A DNA stretch of 64,000 nt, from positions 38,553 through 102,552 of the forward strand of contig DMZI01000068.1 in assembly GCA_003485325.1 (NCBI GenBank). The letters are read 5' to 3'. Source of the stretch: Desulfotomaculum sp. GTDB taxonomy: Bacteria; Bacillota; Desulfotomaculia; Desulfotomaculales; Nap2-2B. A program made the translations under genes and the position numbers. Numbering within the stretch: the first letter of the stretch is position 1; every line of letters starts with the position of its first letter. This document shows, piece after piece, positions 30,188-43,291 of this stretch. The notes beneath the pieces were generated by a model. That model was not told the DNA's origin and ran no database searches. It saw only the letters and a program-made list of their open reading frames with translations.

Positions 30188-30601
30188 ATGAAGGATCTGC
30201 CTTTTGAACAAATGGCGGGCAGAACTTTAAAAATAGGCGCCTTTTTGCTGATTCCCTGTGTTATGATTTTAATTATAGATTATGCCTCAACTGTAGCTTG
30301 GGGGCTGATTATAGGAATCGGAACAGGGATGTGGAATACTTACTTTCTTGTTAGAAGATCCAAGATTGCAGATCCAAAGGATGCATTTTTTAAGCATAAG
30401 CTGCAGCAGAGTTTAATGTCTGGGATTGCTCTTCGTCTCTTTACTACAATTGCCATGCTTTATTTGGCGGCGAAAATATCAATGGTAACTGCAATCGCCG
30501 CAGCGTCAGGAATATTTGCAATATGGGGGATATTTACAGCTATTGCAGCGGGTGTTCTGTTTAAAGAAGCAAAGACCGGTTATAAGACTTCCAAATTATA
30601 A
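30188..30601 (+). CDS. atpI: ATP synthase protein I
   Basis: 137 aa with 4 predicted TM helices, located upstream of atpB. Confidence 0.65.
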   Translation: MKDLPFEQMAGRTLKIGAFLLIPCVMILIIDYASTVAWGLIIGIGTGMWNTYFLVRRSKIADPKDAFFKHKLQQSLMSGIALRLFTTIAMLYLAAKISMVTAIAAASGIFAIWGIFTAIAAGVLFKEAKTGYKTSKL

Positions 30602-30627
30602 GACTTTGTTTTGCAAAGTCTTTTTTT
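30601..30627 (+). terminator. intrinsic terminator AGACTTTG-loop-CAAAGTCT followed by T7, directly after atpI
   Basis: 8-bp perfect stem and a T-run, read directly. Confidence 0.6.
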
Positions 30628-30637
30628 GAATTAAGAT

Positions 30638-30667
30638 TTGTAAATATTTAATAGCTGTTTATATAAT
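30638..30667 (+). promoter_or_regulatory. putative sigmaA promoter TTGTAA-18-TATAAT for atpBEFHAGDC
   Basis: Hexamers read directly, about 50 nt upstream of the atpB start. Confidence 0.45.
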
Positions 30668-30715
30668 TAAATTATAAAATTTTATATATAAAGTTTACAG
30701 TAAAGGGGGTGATTC

Positions 30716-31462
30716 TTGTCGATGGACCTGCATGAGGTTGAGGAGAGTTTAAATTTTTGGCATTTTCCCCACACAGGCGCATGGCATTTAGGAACAGTTG
30801 GCAATTTCCCAATTGATCTTAATCCGAAAACATTGATTGTTACATGGCTTACAATGATTTTGGTTGCGGCTTTTGCAATTGTGGCAACGCGCAATATGTC
30901 CATGAAAAGGCCAAACTCGGCGCAGACTGCTTTTGAAATGGTTTATAATTTTGTCGGCGGTATTGTAAAAGAACAGATCACTGACCCGATAAAAGCAGCG
31001 GCGTTTCTGAGCATTCCCGTAACGTTTTTCATATTTATTTTGTTTTCTAACATATTAGGGCTGATACCCACACTTACTTCGCCAACAGCCGATCTGAATA
31101 CAACTGTTGGTTTGGCGCTAACTACCTTTTTGCTGTTTGAGTTTATGGGTATTTACTACAAGCGTGGAAAGCATTTTAAGCATTACCTGGAACCATTTGT
31201 ATTTTTTCTTCCAATTAATATCATCGAGGATCTATCAAAACCGATTACGCTGTCCTTCCGTCTTTACGGAAACATTTATGCCGGTGAAGTTTTACTTCTT
31301 GTAATCCTTGGGCTTATGCCGCCAGTTTTAAATTTTTGCGGTGGATTTGTCATTCCGGTGGTTTGGCTGGCATACAGCATTTTCGTAGGCTGTATTCAGG
31401 CGTTTGTATTTACTATTTTGAGTACGGTTTATGTGTCTCAGAAGATTAGTGATACACATTAA
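30716..31462 (+). CDS. atpB: F0F1 ATP synthase subunit a
   Basis: 248 aa with LSFRLYGNIYAGE (essential Arg motif). Confidence 0.95.
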   Translation: MSMDLHEVEESLNFWHFPHTGAWHLGTVGNFPIDLNPKTLIVTWLTMILVAAFAIVATRNMSMKRPNSAQTAFEMVYNFVGGIVKEQITDPIKAAAFLSIPVTFFIFILFSNILGLIPTLTSPTADLNTTVGLALTTFLLFEFMGIYYKRGKHFKHYLEPFVFFLPINIIEDLSKPITLSFRLYGNIYAGEVLLLVILGLMPPVLNFCGGFVIPVVWLAYSIFVGCIQAFVFTILSTVYVSQKISDTH

Positions 31463-31503
31463 ATTGAATAAGAATTCAGGTTCAGCAGAAAGGAGGGAGA
31501 GGA

Positions 31504-31737
31504 ATGGAAGTAGGAGCTGGTGCTGCTCTTGGTACTGCCCTGGCAGTAGGATTAGGCGCATTAGGCGCTGGGTTGGGTGATGGTCTGGCCACATATAGTG
31601 CTGTACAAGGTATTTCACGTCAACCAGAGGCCAGAGGTGCAATTTTTTCCACTATGTTAATTGGTATTGGTCTGATTGAAGCTATTCCTATTATTGGTGT
31701 GGTTATCGCCTTCATGCTTTTTGGTAAAGTTGCCTAA
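31504..31737 (+). CDS. atpE: F0F1 ATP synthase subunit c
   Basis: 77 aa hairpin protein with GISRQPEA and GLIEAIP. Confidence 0.95.
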   Translation: MEVGAGAALGTALAVGLGALGAGLGDGLATYSAVQGISRQPEARGAIFSTMLIGIGLIEAIPIIGVVIAFMLFGKVA

Positions 31738-31842
31738 TACTCAAATCTAACATGGGAACGGCATAGCGGGTGTGGTTTAATAACCGCTATCGCCTTCCAC
31801 TTGTTAGAGTGCTCTCTTAAGAAAGCAAAGGGGGGAGAATTT

Positions 31843-32331
31843 TTGCTCGAATTTAACGCTACCCTAATAGCTCAGATGTTTAACTTTGTAATCTTGCTTA
31901 TATTTCTAAGATTTGTTGCCTATAAGCCTATAGCCAAACTTCTTAAGGACCGCCAGGACTTTATTGCTAATAATGTCGCAACAGCAGAAGAGGAGAGGAA
32001 ACAAGCCCAGGAGCTGCGCGAGCAGTATCTGGCAGATATGCAAAAGGCCCGTGAAGAAGCGCAGGCTATAATCGCTCAAGCCGCAAAGGTTGGCGAGATA
32101 CAGGCTCAGGAAATAATTGCTGCAGCAAAGGAAGAGTCTAATAGGGTAAAAGATAATGCATTAAAGGAAATAGAGCGCGAGAAGGAGAAAGCCGTTCGTG
32201 AGTTAAGGGATCAGGTTACGGTGCTTTCCGTTGCGGTAGCCGGAAAAATCATCGGGCAGACTATTACACCTGAAATACAGCATGACATGGTACAACAGTT
32301 CATCAGGGAGGCAGGGGATCTGCCGTGTTAG
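31843..32331 (+). CDS. atpF: F0F1 ATP synthase subunit b
   Basis: The TTG lies 5 nt after GGGGGGAG. It has an N-terminal TM helix and a long charged coiled coil. The longest ORF starts at 31801. Confidence 0.9.
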   Translation: MLEFNATLIAQMFNFVILLIFLRFVAYKPIAKLLKDRQDFIANNVATAEEERKQAQELREQYLADMQKAREEAQAIIAQAAKVGEIQAQEIIAAAKEESNRVKDNALKEIEREKEKAVRELRDQVTVLSVAVAGKIIGQTITPEIQHDMVQQFIREAGDLPC

Positions 32332-32867
32332 AAGGGGCTGTTGGTTCCAGGTATGCCGGCGCTCTGTTTGAAATTGCGGAGCGGGATGGCATTATAGACA
32401 AGCTGGAACAGGAACTGGATATCATTCGGGATATAGTTACGGGTTCACGTGATTTGCAAAAAGTTATGTATTACTCACAGGTTAATCCCGATGAAAAAAA
32501 AGATATTCTGAAAGGCATCTTTAAAGATCAAATTTCCGGCTTAACATTTAATTTTTTATTTCTCTTAATAGATCGGCAGAGAGAGTCCTTTTTGGATAGC
32601 ATAATATCAACGTTTAAAGAACTGGCCTATAAAGCCCGCAATACTGAGCAGGTTCAGGTCACAAGCGCAGTTAAGCTGAATGAAAATGAAAAGGCGGAGC
32701 TTGAAAAGTCTCTTGGAAAACTCACCGGGAAAAAAGTCCAGTCCAGCTATAGTGTGGATCCACTTCTTATCGGCGGAGTGATGGTGAGAATAGGTGACAG
32801 GATAATAGATGGAAGCGTCCGCAACAAGTTATCTAGTTTAAGAGAATTCTTAAGACAAACCAGCTAA
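32325..32867 (+). CDS. atpH: F0F1 ATP synthase subunit delta
   Basis: 180 aa, OSCP-like, in the expected position. Confidence 0.9.
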   Translation: MLEGAVGSRYAGALFEIAERDGIIDKLEQELDIIRDIVTGSRDLQKVMYYSQVNPDEKKDILKGIFKDQISGLTFNFLFLLIDRQRESFLDSIISTFKELAYKARNTEQVQVTSAVKLNENEKAELEKSLGKLTGKKVQSSYSVDPLLIGGVMVRIGDRIIDGSVRNKLSSLREFLRQTS

Positions 32868-32882
32868 AAGGGATTGAGGTGA

Positions 32883-34412
<1,530 letters not shown>

Positions 34413-34459
34413 TACAGTTGAACAACTAGCTTAAAAGGCCAAGGTGGTGAAATATATAG

Positions 34460-36741
<2,282 letters not shown>

Positions 36742-36742
36742 T

Positions 36743-37150
36743 ATGGCTGGAAAAACACAACGCCTGGAAGTTGTTACTCCTGAACGCAAAGTGTACAGTG
36801 AGGATGTTGAATTTGTAGTTGTACCAGGTTCAGAAGGTGAAATGGGCTTTCTGCCAGGACACACACCTTTGGCCAGTAGCTTGAAAATTGGGGCTATCAG
36901 AGTTACCAAAGAAGCCGGCGCCAAACCTTTACGGATTGCCATTACCGGAGGATTTGTCGAGGTAATGGATAGCCGTGTGACAATTCTTACCAATGCCGCC
37001 GAACGGGAAGATGAGATTGACAGAAAACGAGCGGAGGCTGCCAAGGAAAGAGCTGAGCAGCGTCTTGCGGCAAAAATGCCGGATTTAGACGTGATGAGAG
37101 CTGAGCTGGCTTTAAAACGAGCTCTGAACAGGCTAAAATTATTCGAGTAA
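36743..37150 (+). CDS. atpC: F0F1 ATP synthase subunit epsilon
   Basis: The ATG follows a GAAGGA RBS. It has a beta-sandwich and a helical hairpin. The longest ORF starts at 36734. Confidence 0.9.
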   Translation: MAGKTQRLEVVTPERKVYSEDVEFVVVPGSEGEMGFLPGHTPLASSLKIGAIRVTKEAGAKPLRIAITGGFVEVMDSRVTILTNAAEREDEIDRKRAEAAKERAEQRLAAKMPDLDVMRAELALKRALNRLKLFE

Positions 37151-37176
37151 AAACAGTTTAACCTAAATTTATAAAA

Positions 37177-37216
37177 ATAAGCCTTGATGCTGTATTCATC
37201 ATGGCTTATTTTTTTC
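37177..37216 (+). terminator. intrinsic terminator after atpC (13-bp stem with 1 mismatch, then T8)
   Basis: ATAAGCCTTGATG-ctgtatt-CATCATGGCTTAT followed by ttttttt. Confidence 0.75.
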
Positions 37217-37296
37217 TAAATAGGGCATGTATATAGTGTATATAAAACATATATAACAATATATGGTATAATGATGTAATATATTTTTGAGGAGGT

Positions 37297-38286
37297 GTGA
37301 GCATCAGAAGGTTTTTAATTGGAATATTTCTATTGATAATTGCTTTGTTTTTAGGAGTACCGTATTTAGCAAACCTATTTTCCCCTGTGCAAATGAAAAA
37401 GCAGCAAACCTTAGTCAAGCTGTATATCCATGATCAGAATAAGATTGTCAATATCACAATTGACGATTACGTACTGGGTGTGGTGGCTGCTGAGATGCCG
37501 GCAAGTTTTCCGCTGGAGGCTTTAAAAGCACAGGCTGTAGTTGCCAGGACTTATATACTAAAGCGTTTAAATTCAGGTGGACTTCTTAACCCCAATCATC
37601 CCGGCGCAGATATTTGTGATGATCATAAGCACGGGCAGGCATGGATTTCAAGGGAGGAAATGAAAAAGCGTTGGGGTTCTTTAAGCTATTATTATTACTA
37701 CAATAAAATTGCTCAGGCTGTGAAGGATACAAGGGGGCTTATCATAGTCTACAAGGGGAACCTTATTGATCCGGTTTATCATTCTTCATGCGGAGGCAAA
37801 GGAACAGAAGATGCGGAAGAAGTCTGGCATTTTGGGGAACCATATCTGGTTGGGGTTTCCTGCCCCTATTGTTCTGATTCCAGTCCTGTGCAAAGCTCAT
37901 TTTTGCCTGTTGCAAGAGTAAATTCGCTTTTAGGGTTAAACAAAGGCTGTCTTTCGGCAACAGGTAAACTTGGTATGAATACAAGATCATCTATCCCGGT
38001 AATGGAAGTAGTAAAATATACTCCTTCCGGCCGTCCCAAAGAAATAAAAATTGGCCATAAGATATTTTCAGCTATAATGGTTAGAGATCTGCTAAACCTT
38101 CGTTCTGCTGATTTTACAATGGATTTAAAAAACGGGGAGGTGGAAGTGACCACCCGCGGGTATGGTCATGCAGTAGGAATGTGTCAATATGGAGCAAAAG
38201 GTTTTGCAGAACACGGATATAACTTTAACAAAATAATAAAGCACTATTATAAAGGCGTTGATGTTGCCAAACTGCCGGACAGGTAG
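37297..38286 (+). CDS. spoIID: stage II sporulation protein D (SpoIID lytic transglycosylase)
   Basis: 329 aa with a signal anchor, EMPASFPLEALKAQAVVARTY, and SSCGG...HG.GMCQYGA. Confidence 0.9.
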   Translation: MSIRRFLIGIFLLIIALFLGVPYLANLFSPVQMKKQQTLVKLYIHDQNKIVNITIDDYVLGVVAAEMPASFPLEALKAQAVVARTYILKRLNSGGLLNPNHPGADICDDHKHGQAWISREEMKKRWGSLSYYYYYNKIAQAVKDTRGLIIVYKGNLIDPVYHSSCGGKGTEDAEEVWHFGEPYLVGVSCPYCSDSSPVQSSFLPVARVNSLLGLNKGCLSATGKLGMNTRSSIPVMEVVKYTPSGRPKEIKIGHKIFSAIMVRDLLNLRSADFTMDLKNGEVEVTTRGYGHAVGMCQYGAKGFAEHGYNFNKIIKHYYKGVDVAKLPDR

Positions 38287-38325
38287 GAAAAATCATTTTA
38301 ATCTGGATATTTCTAAACCTACAGG

Positions 38326-38353
38326 GTATTTCCACATTTTCAGCGCATATAAT
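38326..38353 (+). promoter_or_regulatory. sigmaE-like promoter (GTATTT-14-CATATAAT) upstream of spoIIID
   Basis: It resembles the Bacillus sigmaE -10 CATACAnT with an AT-rich -35. Read directly. Confidence 0.3.
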
Positions 38354-38387
38354 TTTTTAGTAGCTTTTTGCTGGGAAGGTGGGGGCT

Positions 38388-38639
38388 ATGCAGGAGTATA
38401 TCCAGAAAAGAGTGCTGGAAATCTGTGCTTATATACTTGAGACAAAGGCAACCGTACGCCAGGCGGCGTCTGCGTTTCAGGTTAGTAAGAGCACCGTCCA
38501 TAAGGATATGACAGAAAGGCTTTCTTCGTTAGATAAGTCTCTTGCCCGCAGGGTAAGGCTAATCCTTGAACATAACAAAGCCGAGAGGCATTTGCGGGGT
38601 GGGGAAGCTACCCGTAAAAAATATAAAGAAACAGTTTAA
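38388..38639 (+). CDS. spoIIID: sporulation transcriptional regulator SpoIIID
   Basis: 83 aa with KSTVHKDMTERL and HLRGGEATRKKYK, nearly as in B. subtilis SpoIIID. Confidence 0.92.
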   Translation: MQEYIQKRVLEICAYILETKATVRQAASAFQVSKSTVHKDMTERLSSLDKSLARRVRLILEHNKAERHLRGGEATRKKYKETV

Positions 38640-38675
38640 GTTCTTTTATTAATCGGGCAGCCAAACATCAAGGCC

Positions 38676-38705
38676 GTATATTTAACTCGCTCCAGGGCTA
38701 TATTA
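38676..38705 (+). promoter_or_regulatory. forespore sigmaF/G-like promoter (GTATA-15-GGCTATATTA) upstream of ytfJ
   Basis: It matches the GYATA-N15-GGnnAnAHTR pattern. ytfJ is forespore-expressed in Bacillus. Confidence 0.35.
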
Positions 38706-38738
38706 TGCTTAAATTCTATCGTCAGGGAGTGAGTAAAT

Positions 38739-39197
38739 TTGTCTGAGCAGCACCCTATAGAAGGTTTAATGAAGACTGCTATGGAGAGCATTAAAGAAAT
38801 GATTGACGTAAACACTATAGTAGGAGATCCTGTAGAAACTCCAGACGGAACAATAATCATCCCTATTTCAAGGGTAACCTTTGGTTTTGGCGCTGGCGGC
38901 GGTGAATTTGAACATGATGTGCAGGAAGAAAGGGTTGAAGATCAAAAACCTTTTTTCGGCGGCGGCAGCGGCGCCGGTGTTTCAGTGCAGCCAGTTGGGT
39001 TTTTGGTAGTTGGACACGGCAATATTAGATTGCTGCCGGTGGAAAATAACGTAATTCTCGACAGGCTTATCGATCTTGCGCCTCAGGTCTTAGAGCAGAT
39101 ACAGTCAATTTTAGGCGAAAAAGTACAGCAGGCGAAGAAGGGTAATTCATCAACTCGATATCAGGAAACAGTTATTAATACAACACCGCCTTTGTAA
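38739..39197 (+). CDS. ytfJ: sporulation protein YtfJ (GerW family)
   Basis: 152 aa with IVGDPVETPDGTIIIPISRVTFGFGAGGGE...GGGSGAGVSVQPVGFLVV. Confidence 0.85.
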   Translation: MSEQHPIEGLMKTAMESIKEMIDVNTIVGDPVETPDGTIIIPISRVTFGFGAGGGEFEHDVQEERVEDQKPFFGGGSGAGVSVQPVGFLVVGHGNIRLLPVENNVILDRLIDLAPQVLEQIQSILGEKVQQAKKGNSSTRYQETVINTTPPL

Positions 39198-39337
39198 ATC
39201 AAAGGTGATTCCTCCTTTCAAATCGGTTTCAACCGACCTTTTTTGCACTTAAAACTTAATAAAGGCCATCGACCAGGCTAAAGTTCTATCTTGTCCACCA
39301 TTTACATAAGATTAGGAAAAACAGTGAATAACCAGAA

Positions 39338-39943
39338 TTGGTGGTGGGCAGAGTGGTTAATTATATCTGGCTGGGTATGATCGTTTTTAGTATTATTGTC
39401 GCGAGTATGAACGGACACATTGAGATTATCACCAAAGCTGCGCTTGAAGGCGCCGGCGAGGGAGTTAAAACTTCTCTTCATCTTATATCGATTATAGCAT
39501 TTTGGTTAGGTCTGATGCGCATAGCTGAAGCTGCCGGGCTTGTACAGATACTTGCCAGTATTATGCGTCCCCTTACACGGATTTTATTTCCCGATCTCCC
39601 CAGAGATCACCCGGCACTTGGCGCAATAATCATGAACATTAGCGCAAACATACTTGGCCTTGGGAATGCTGCAACGCCGATGGGTTTGATTGCCATGCAG
39701 GAACTTCAAAAAATAAACAATGAACCAAAAACTGCCTCACCGTCTATGTGTACCTTTTTAGCATTAAACACATCTTGTCTGACTTTGATACCTTCAACGA
39801 TTATTGGTATCCGTCTGCTGCATAATTCAAGTGATCCAACGTCTGTGGTAGGGACAACCATATTTGCAACAGCCTGCGGGATGATTGTTGGTGTTTCCGT
39901 TGATCGGCTGATGCGTTTTATTTACCGCGTCCAGGGGAGGTAA
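39338..39943 (+). CDS. spmA: spore maturation protein A (nucleoside-recognition domain)
   Basis: It has a Gate-domain membrane protein pattern and is paired with spmB. The likely true start is the GTG at 39353 (VNYIWLGMIV). Confidence 0.85.
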   Translation: MVVGRVVNYIWLGMIVFSIIVASMNGHIEIITKAALEGAGEGVKTSLHLISIIAFWLGLMRIAEAAGLVQILASIMRPLTRILFPDLPRDHPALGAIIMNISANILGLGNAATPMGLIAMQELQKINNEPKTASPSMCTFLALNTSCLTLIPSTIIGIRLLHNSSDPTSVVGTTIFATACGMIVGVSVDRLMRFIYRVQGR

Positions 39944-39948
39944 GTTTT

Positions 39949-40482
39949 ATGTACGGTGTTATAGCTGAAATTTCTCGCTGGGCAATACCGTTTGCAATAT
40001 TTTTCATCCTTCTTATCGCATCTCTTAAAGGATTGCAGGTATTCGAGATATTTGTTGAGGGCGCAACTGAAGGGTTTGCCACAGCAATTAAAACTATTCC
40101 TTATCTTGTAGCAATGCTTGTAGCCATAAATATTTTTAGGGCTTCAGGGGCGATGGCCATTATTTCAAAGCAAATATCCCCGCTCTTAAATAATTTTGGT
40201 TTTCCCGCTGAAGTATTGTCCCATGCCCTGATGAGGCCTCTTTCTGGAAGCGCAGCCCTCGGTATTGCAACAAACCTTATCTCAACGCACGGGCCGGATA
40301 GTTTTATTGGTCAGTTGGTTTCCACAATGCAAGGCAGTACTGATACAACCTTTTATGTGCTTGCTCTGTATTTTGGCTCCGTCGGAGTTACAAAATATCG
40401 CTATGCCATAGTTGCAGGCCTGGCTGCTGATTTTACATCGCTGGTTGCATCTGTTTATATTGTTAATAAGCTGTTTGGGTAA
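39949..40482 (+). CDS. spmB: spore maturation protein B
   Basis: 177-aa membrane protein adjacent to spmA. Confidence 0.85.
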   Translation: MYGVIAEISRWAIPFAIFFILLIASLKGLQVFEIFVEGATEGFATAIKTIPYLVAMLVAINIFRASGAMAIISKQISPLLNNFGFPAEVLSHALMRPLSGSAALGIATNLISTHGPDSFIGQLVSTMQGSTDTTFYVLALYFGSVGVTKYRYAIVAGLAADFTSLVASVYIVNKLFG

Positions 40483-40501
40483 TGTTACGATAGGAAGAAA
40501 A

Positions 40502-40876
40502 TTACAAAAGAAATAAATCGGGGCGTAACTGGGATGCTTTTCTTAAATAGACATGTTTTATTTCCTGCTGCGGCCTCTCTGTATTTATATGCAATAAGAC
40601 ACGGATACACATGCCGAGTTTCCCTGGCGCATTCATTTCATTCATGCATAGCAGAGGCACACACTTCCAGCCCAATAATTCGCGTGCGGCTTCTGCAGGG
40701 AATGCAGCGTCCAGATCGTTTGTTACAGTAAAAATAATACTGACTATATCCTCACTAATAAGATCATTTTCCTTAACAATTATTTTAAGCAATTCAAGAG
40801 TTGCTTCCAGAATTTCTTCACGGTCGTTCTTTTCTACCGTTGTCGCTCCCCTGATACCACGTACAGCTGCGGACAA
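40502..40876 (-). CDS. aroH: chorismate mutase, AroH class
   Basis: 124 aa with [13 protein letters not shown] and a C-terminal [12 protein letters not shown]. Confidence 0.85.
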   Translation of the reverse strand: MSAAVRGIRGATTVEKNDREEILEATLELLKIIVKENDLISEDIVSIIFTVTNDLDAAFPAEAARELLGWKCVPLLCMNEMNAPGKLGMCIRVLLHINTERPQQEIKHVYLRKASQLRPDLFLL

Positions 40877-40899
40877 GATTTTATCTTCGCTCCTTATAT

Positions 40900-41361
40900 C
40901 TAACGCAAGTTATGTGTATGTTCAAAGCGGAGACGGTAATCTCTCACTTCTTCGGAAATAGCGAATATTAATCTTTCTAAATCGTAGCGGTGAAGAGAAA
41001 GTGCAGTTGGTGAACTTATTTCAACTTTTCTAAAATCATCACGCATTGTGAACCTGATCAGGTCTTCCAGTGAATCTGCGGTCAGTTGCAGCACTACAGG
41101 AGCGTAGGCAACCTCAAAACCGCTGCTTTCCTCATAAATTGTATAAATTTCAATGCCCAGATCTATATCATCAATATGTATACCCTGAATGGGCACATTT
41201 CGTAGTAAAGTAACCTGTTGTTCCCTTGATTCCTCAGCGGCCTTATCCATTGTTTTACCGCCGAATAAAAATTTTCCCGGCCTGGCTACGCCTTTTATAT
41301 CCAAGCGTACCTTTGCCTTAATATCACGGTCGTTATTATCTCCGGCCTGTAAGCTAGCCAT
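40900..41361 (-). CDS. hypothetical protein
   Basis: 153 aa from the ATG, which lies 7 nt after GGAGG. The longest ORF starts at the GTG at 41403. I recognise no family. Confidence 0.6.
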   Translation of the reverse strand: MASLQAGDNNDRDIKAKVRLDIKGVARPGKFLFGGKTMDKAAEESREQQVTLLRNVPIQGIHIDDIDLGIEIYTIYEESSGFEVAYAPVVLQLTADSLEDLIRFTMRDDFRKVEISSPTALSLHRYDLERLIFAISEEVRDYRLRFEHTHNLR

Positions 41362-41469
41362 GCCATAACCTCCATCTAGATACTTTGCGACATTTTTTGC
41401 CACTGTACTGCTTGATTGTATTTAGACTTTTCGCCACAGGTAACAAATTTCCTGCAACAATTCTATCTA

Positions 41470-42195
41470 TTAAGTCAAAATACCTGCCAATATTTTTAAT
41501 TGCTTAATTTCTTCAAAAGAAAGAAAACGGTATTGGCCAGGATTTAAACCATCAATTTTGAGTTGGCCAATGCTGATTCGCTTAAGACGTTTCACGGGAT
41601 GGCCGATTTGGTCGCACATTCTTCTGATCTGCCTTTTGCGGCCTTCATAAATTGTAATTTTAAGTACAGATCCATGTTTTGTTGTTTTTTGAAGACTGAC
41701 CTGGGCGGGAGATGTCCGGCCATCAGAAAGCAGCAGACCTTTTGCCATCATCGAAAGCTCTTCACTGGAAGGATTTCCCGAAACCCATGCAAGATATGTT
41801 TTAGGTATCCGGTGACTGGGGTGTGTAATCAGATAGGTTAACTGTCCGTCGTTCGTTAAAAGAAGCAGTCCTTCGCTGTCATAATCAAGCCGTCCAACCG
41901 GGAATAAACGATGGGGAATATCTTTGATCAGATCAGTTACTTTGCGCCGGCCCTGTGGATCATGAAGCGTGGTAACACAGTTCCTTGGCTTGTATAACGC
42001 AAGATAAACTTTTGCTTCTGTTTCCTTAAGGATTTTTCCGTTTATTTCAACCCTGGTTTTTGATGGATCTATAAGAATACCAGGACGTGTTACCGTTTCA
42101 CCGTTTACTTTTACAATGCCTGAAGCAATAAGCTGCTCGCAACGCCTGCGTGATGCTATTCCTGTTCTGGCCATATATTTTTGCAAACGCTCCAT
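41470..42195 (-). CDS. rluB: rRNA pseudouridine synthase (RluB/RsuA family, S4 domain)
   Basis: 241 aa with an S4 N-terminus (RLQKYMARTGIASRR) and the catalytic motif PVGRLDYDSEGLLLLTNDG. Confidence 0.88.
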   Translation of the reverse strand: MERLQKYMARTGIASRRRCEQLIASGIVKVNGETVTRPGILIDPSKTRVEINGKILKETEAKVYLALYKPRNCVTTLHDPQGRRKVTDLIKDIPHRLFPVGRLDYDSEGLLLLTNDGQLTYLITHPSHRIPKTYLAWVSGNPSSEELSMMAKGLLLSDGRTSPAQVSLQKTTKHGSVLKITIYEGRKRQIRRMCDQIGHPVKRLKRISIGQLKIDGLNPGQYRFLSFEEIKQLKILAGILT

Positions 42196-42204
42196 AAGTC
42201 ATCC

Positions 42205-42720
42205 TCAATATTGATGCATTACCGGGATAAAGCCCTGATCTTCTTGCAGGGGCTTTTTCTTACTGGCCTCTTGGGCAAGCTTGTCACAACGGTTATTGTA
42301 TATATTATCATCGTGGCCTTTTACCCAAACCCAGGTAATTTTATGTTTTTCAGCAAGGTTTAAAATTTTTATCCACAGGTCGGCGTTCTTCGCTGGTTTA
42401 TTACGGTCACGGCGCCAGCCGTTTTCTTTCCATTTCCCAGCCCATCCTTTGTTCAGCGCATCGATTATATACTTGCTGTCGCTGTATATTTTAACCGCAC
42501 AGGGTTTTTTTAAAGCTTCCAAACCTTTGATTACGGCAATTAATTCCATCCTGTTATTTGTTGTTTGACGGTATCCCCCTGAAACTTCTTTTATGTTGTC
42601 TTTGTACTTTAAAACTATCCCGTAACCGCCGCTTCCAGGATTGCCGCTGCAAGCGCCGTCAGTATAAATTTCTACTTCAGGAAATTGTTCCATCATTAAC
42701 CACGCCCATTTTATTTTCAA
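42205..42720 (-). CDS. rnhA: ribonuclease HI
   Basis: It has VEIYTDGACSGNPG, the MELIA region and VKGHDD. The start may be one of the ATGs at 42696/42693. Confidence 0.88.
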   Translation of the reverse strand: MKIKWAWLMMEQFPEVEIYTDGACSGNPGSGGYGIVLKYKDNIKEVSGGYRQTTNNRMELIAVIKGLEALKKPCAVKIYSDSKYIIDALNKGWAGKWKENGWRRDRNKPAKNADLWIKILNLAEKHKITWVWVKGHDDNIYNNRCDKLAQEASKKKPLQEDQGFIPVMHQY

Positions 42721-42844
42721 CTATTATATAATAATTTAACATAATTACACAGCTTCACTAAAAATTTAATAAAATAGATTGCTTTTTTTGTACTGGACAG
42801 CAACATGAAAATATGATATGCAAAAATTTAAAATTAAATATTAC

Positions 42845-42935
42845 CGGGGTGCCCCTGCTTTAGGGAGGCAGGGGGTAATAGGGAACCAGGTTAAAATCCC
42901 ATGCTTCAGTTATCTCATCTGGGACGGCTGGAGTT
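42845..42935 (+). promoter_or_regulatory. cobalamin-riboswitch-like 5' fragment (probably degenerate)
   Basis: GGTGCC, a CCCCTGC...GCAGGGG hairpin and TAATAGGGAACCAGGTTAAAATCC match the conserved Cbl core. The expected downstream CCCGCCACTGT and B12-box are not recognisable. Confidence 0.3.
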
Positions 42936-43291
42936 TTTATTTTGCGGAATGCGCCCTGGATTATGAATCTTTGATCATGGACCGCTTTTATTTCCCCGTT
43001 GAATCTTAATTCTCTTTTTACCGTTTATGCAGCCAGTTTCTGGTTTGATACTTTTCACGCGCTTGGCAACGCATCTTTTTGTCTGATCTTTAATACGAGC
43101 TTGGCGAAGGTTCTGCAGCGTTTTCAAAAGAAGCTTGAAATAAGTGAAATCATAAACGAATAAAAATGCCCTGCTTATAAGGTGTCAAAGGCTTGAAAAA
43201 TAAGCAAGGTTGTTTTTTTGCTTCGTATATACTAAAATATCAATAATGTTTTTTAGAATTGGTAAAGTTAAAATTTTCCGGGGGCTTTGTG

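Noticed and set aside
42818-43009. 63-aa ORF MQKFKIKYYRGAPALGRQGV...
   Set aside because: It overlaps the riboswitch-like element, has no RBS, and gives an implausible product.
43150-43170. PurR PurBox upstream of purL (CATAAACGAATAAAA)
   Set aside because: It is only a partial match to AWWWCCGAACWWT, and no second inverted box is found at the appropriate spacing.
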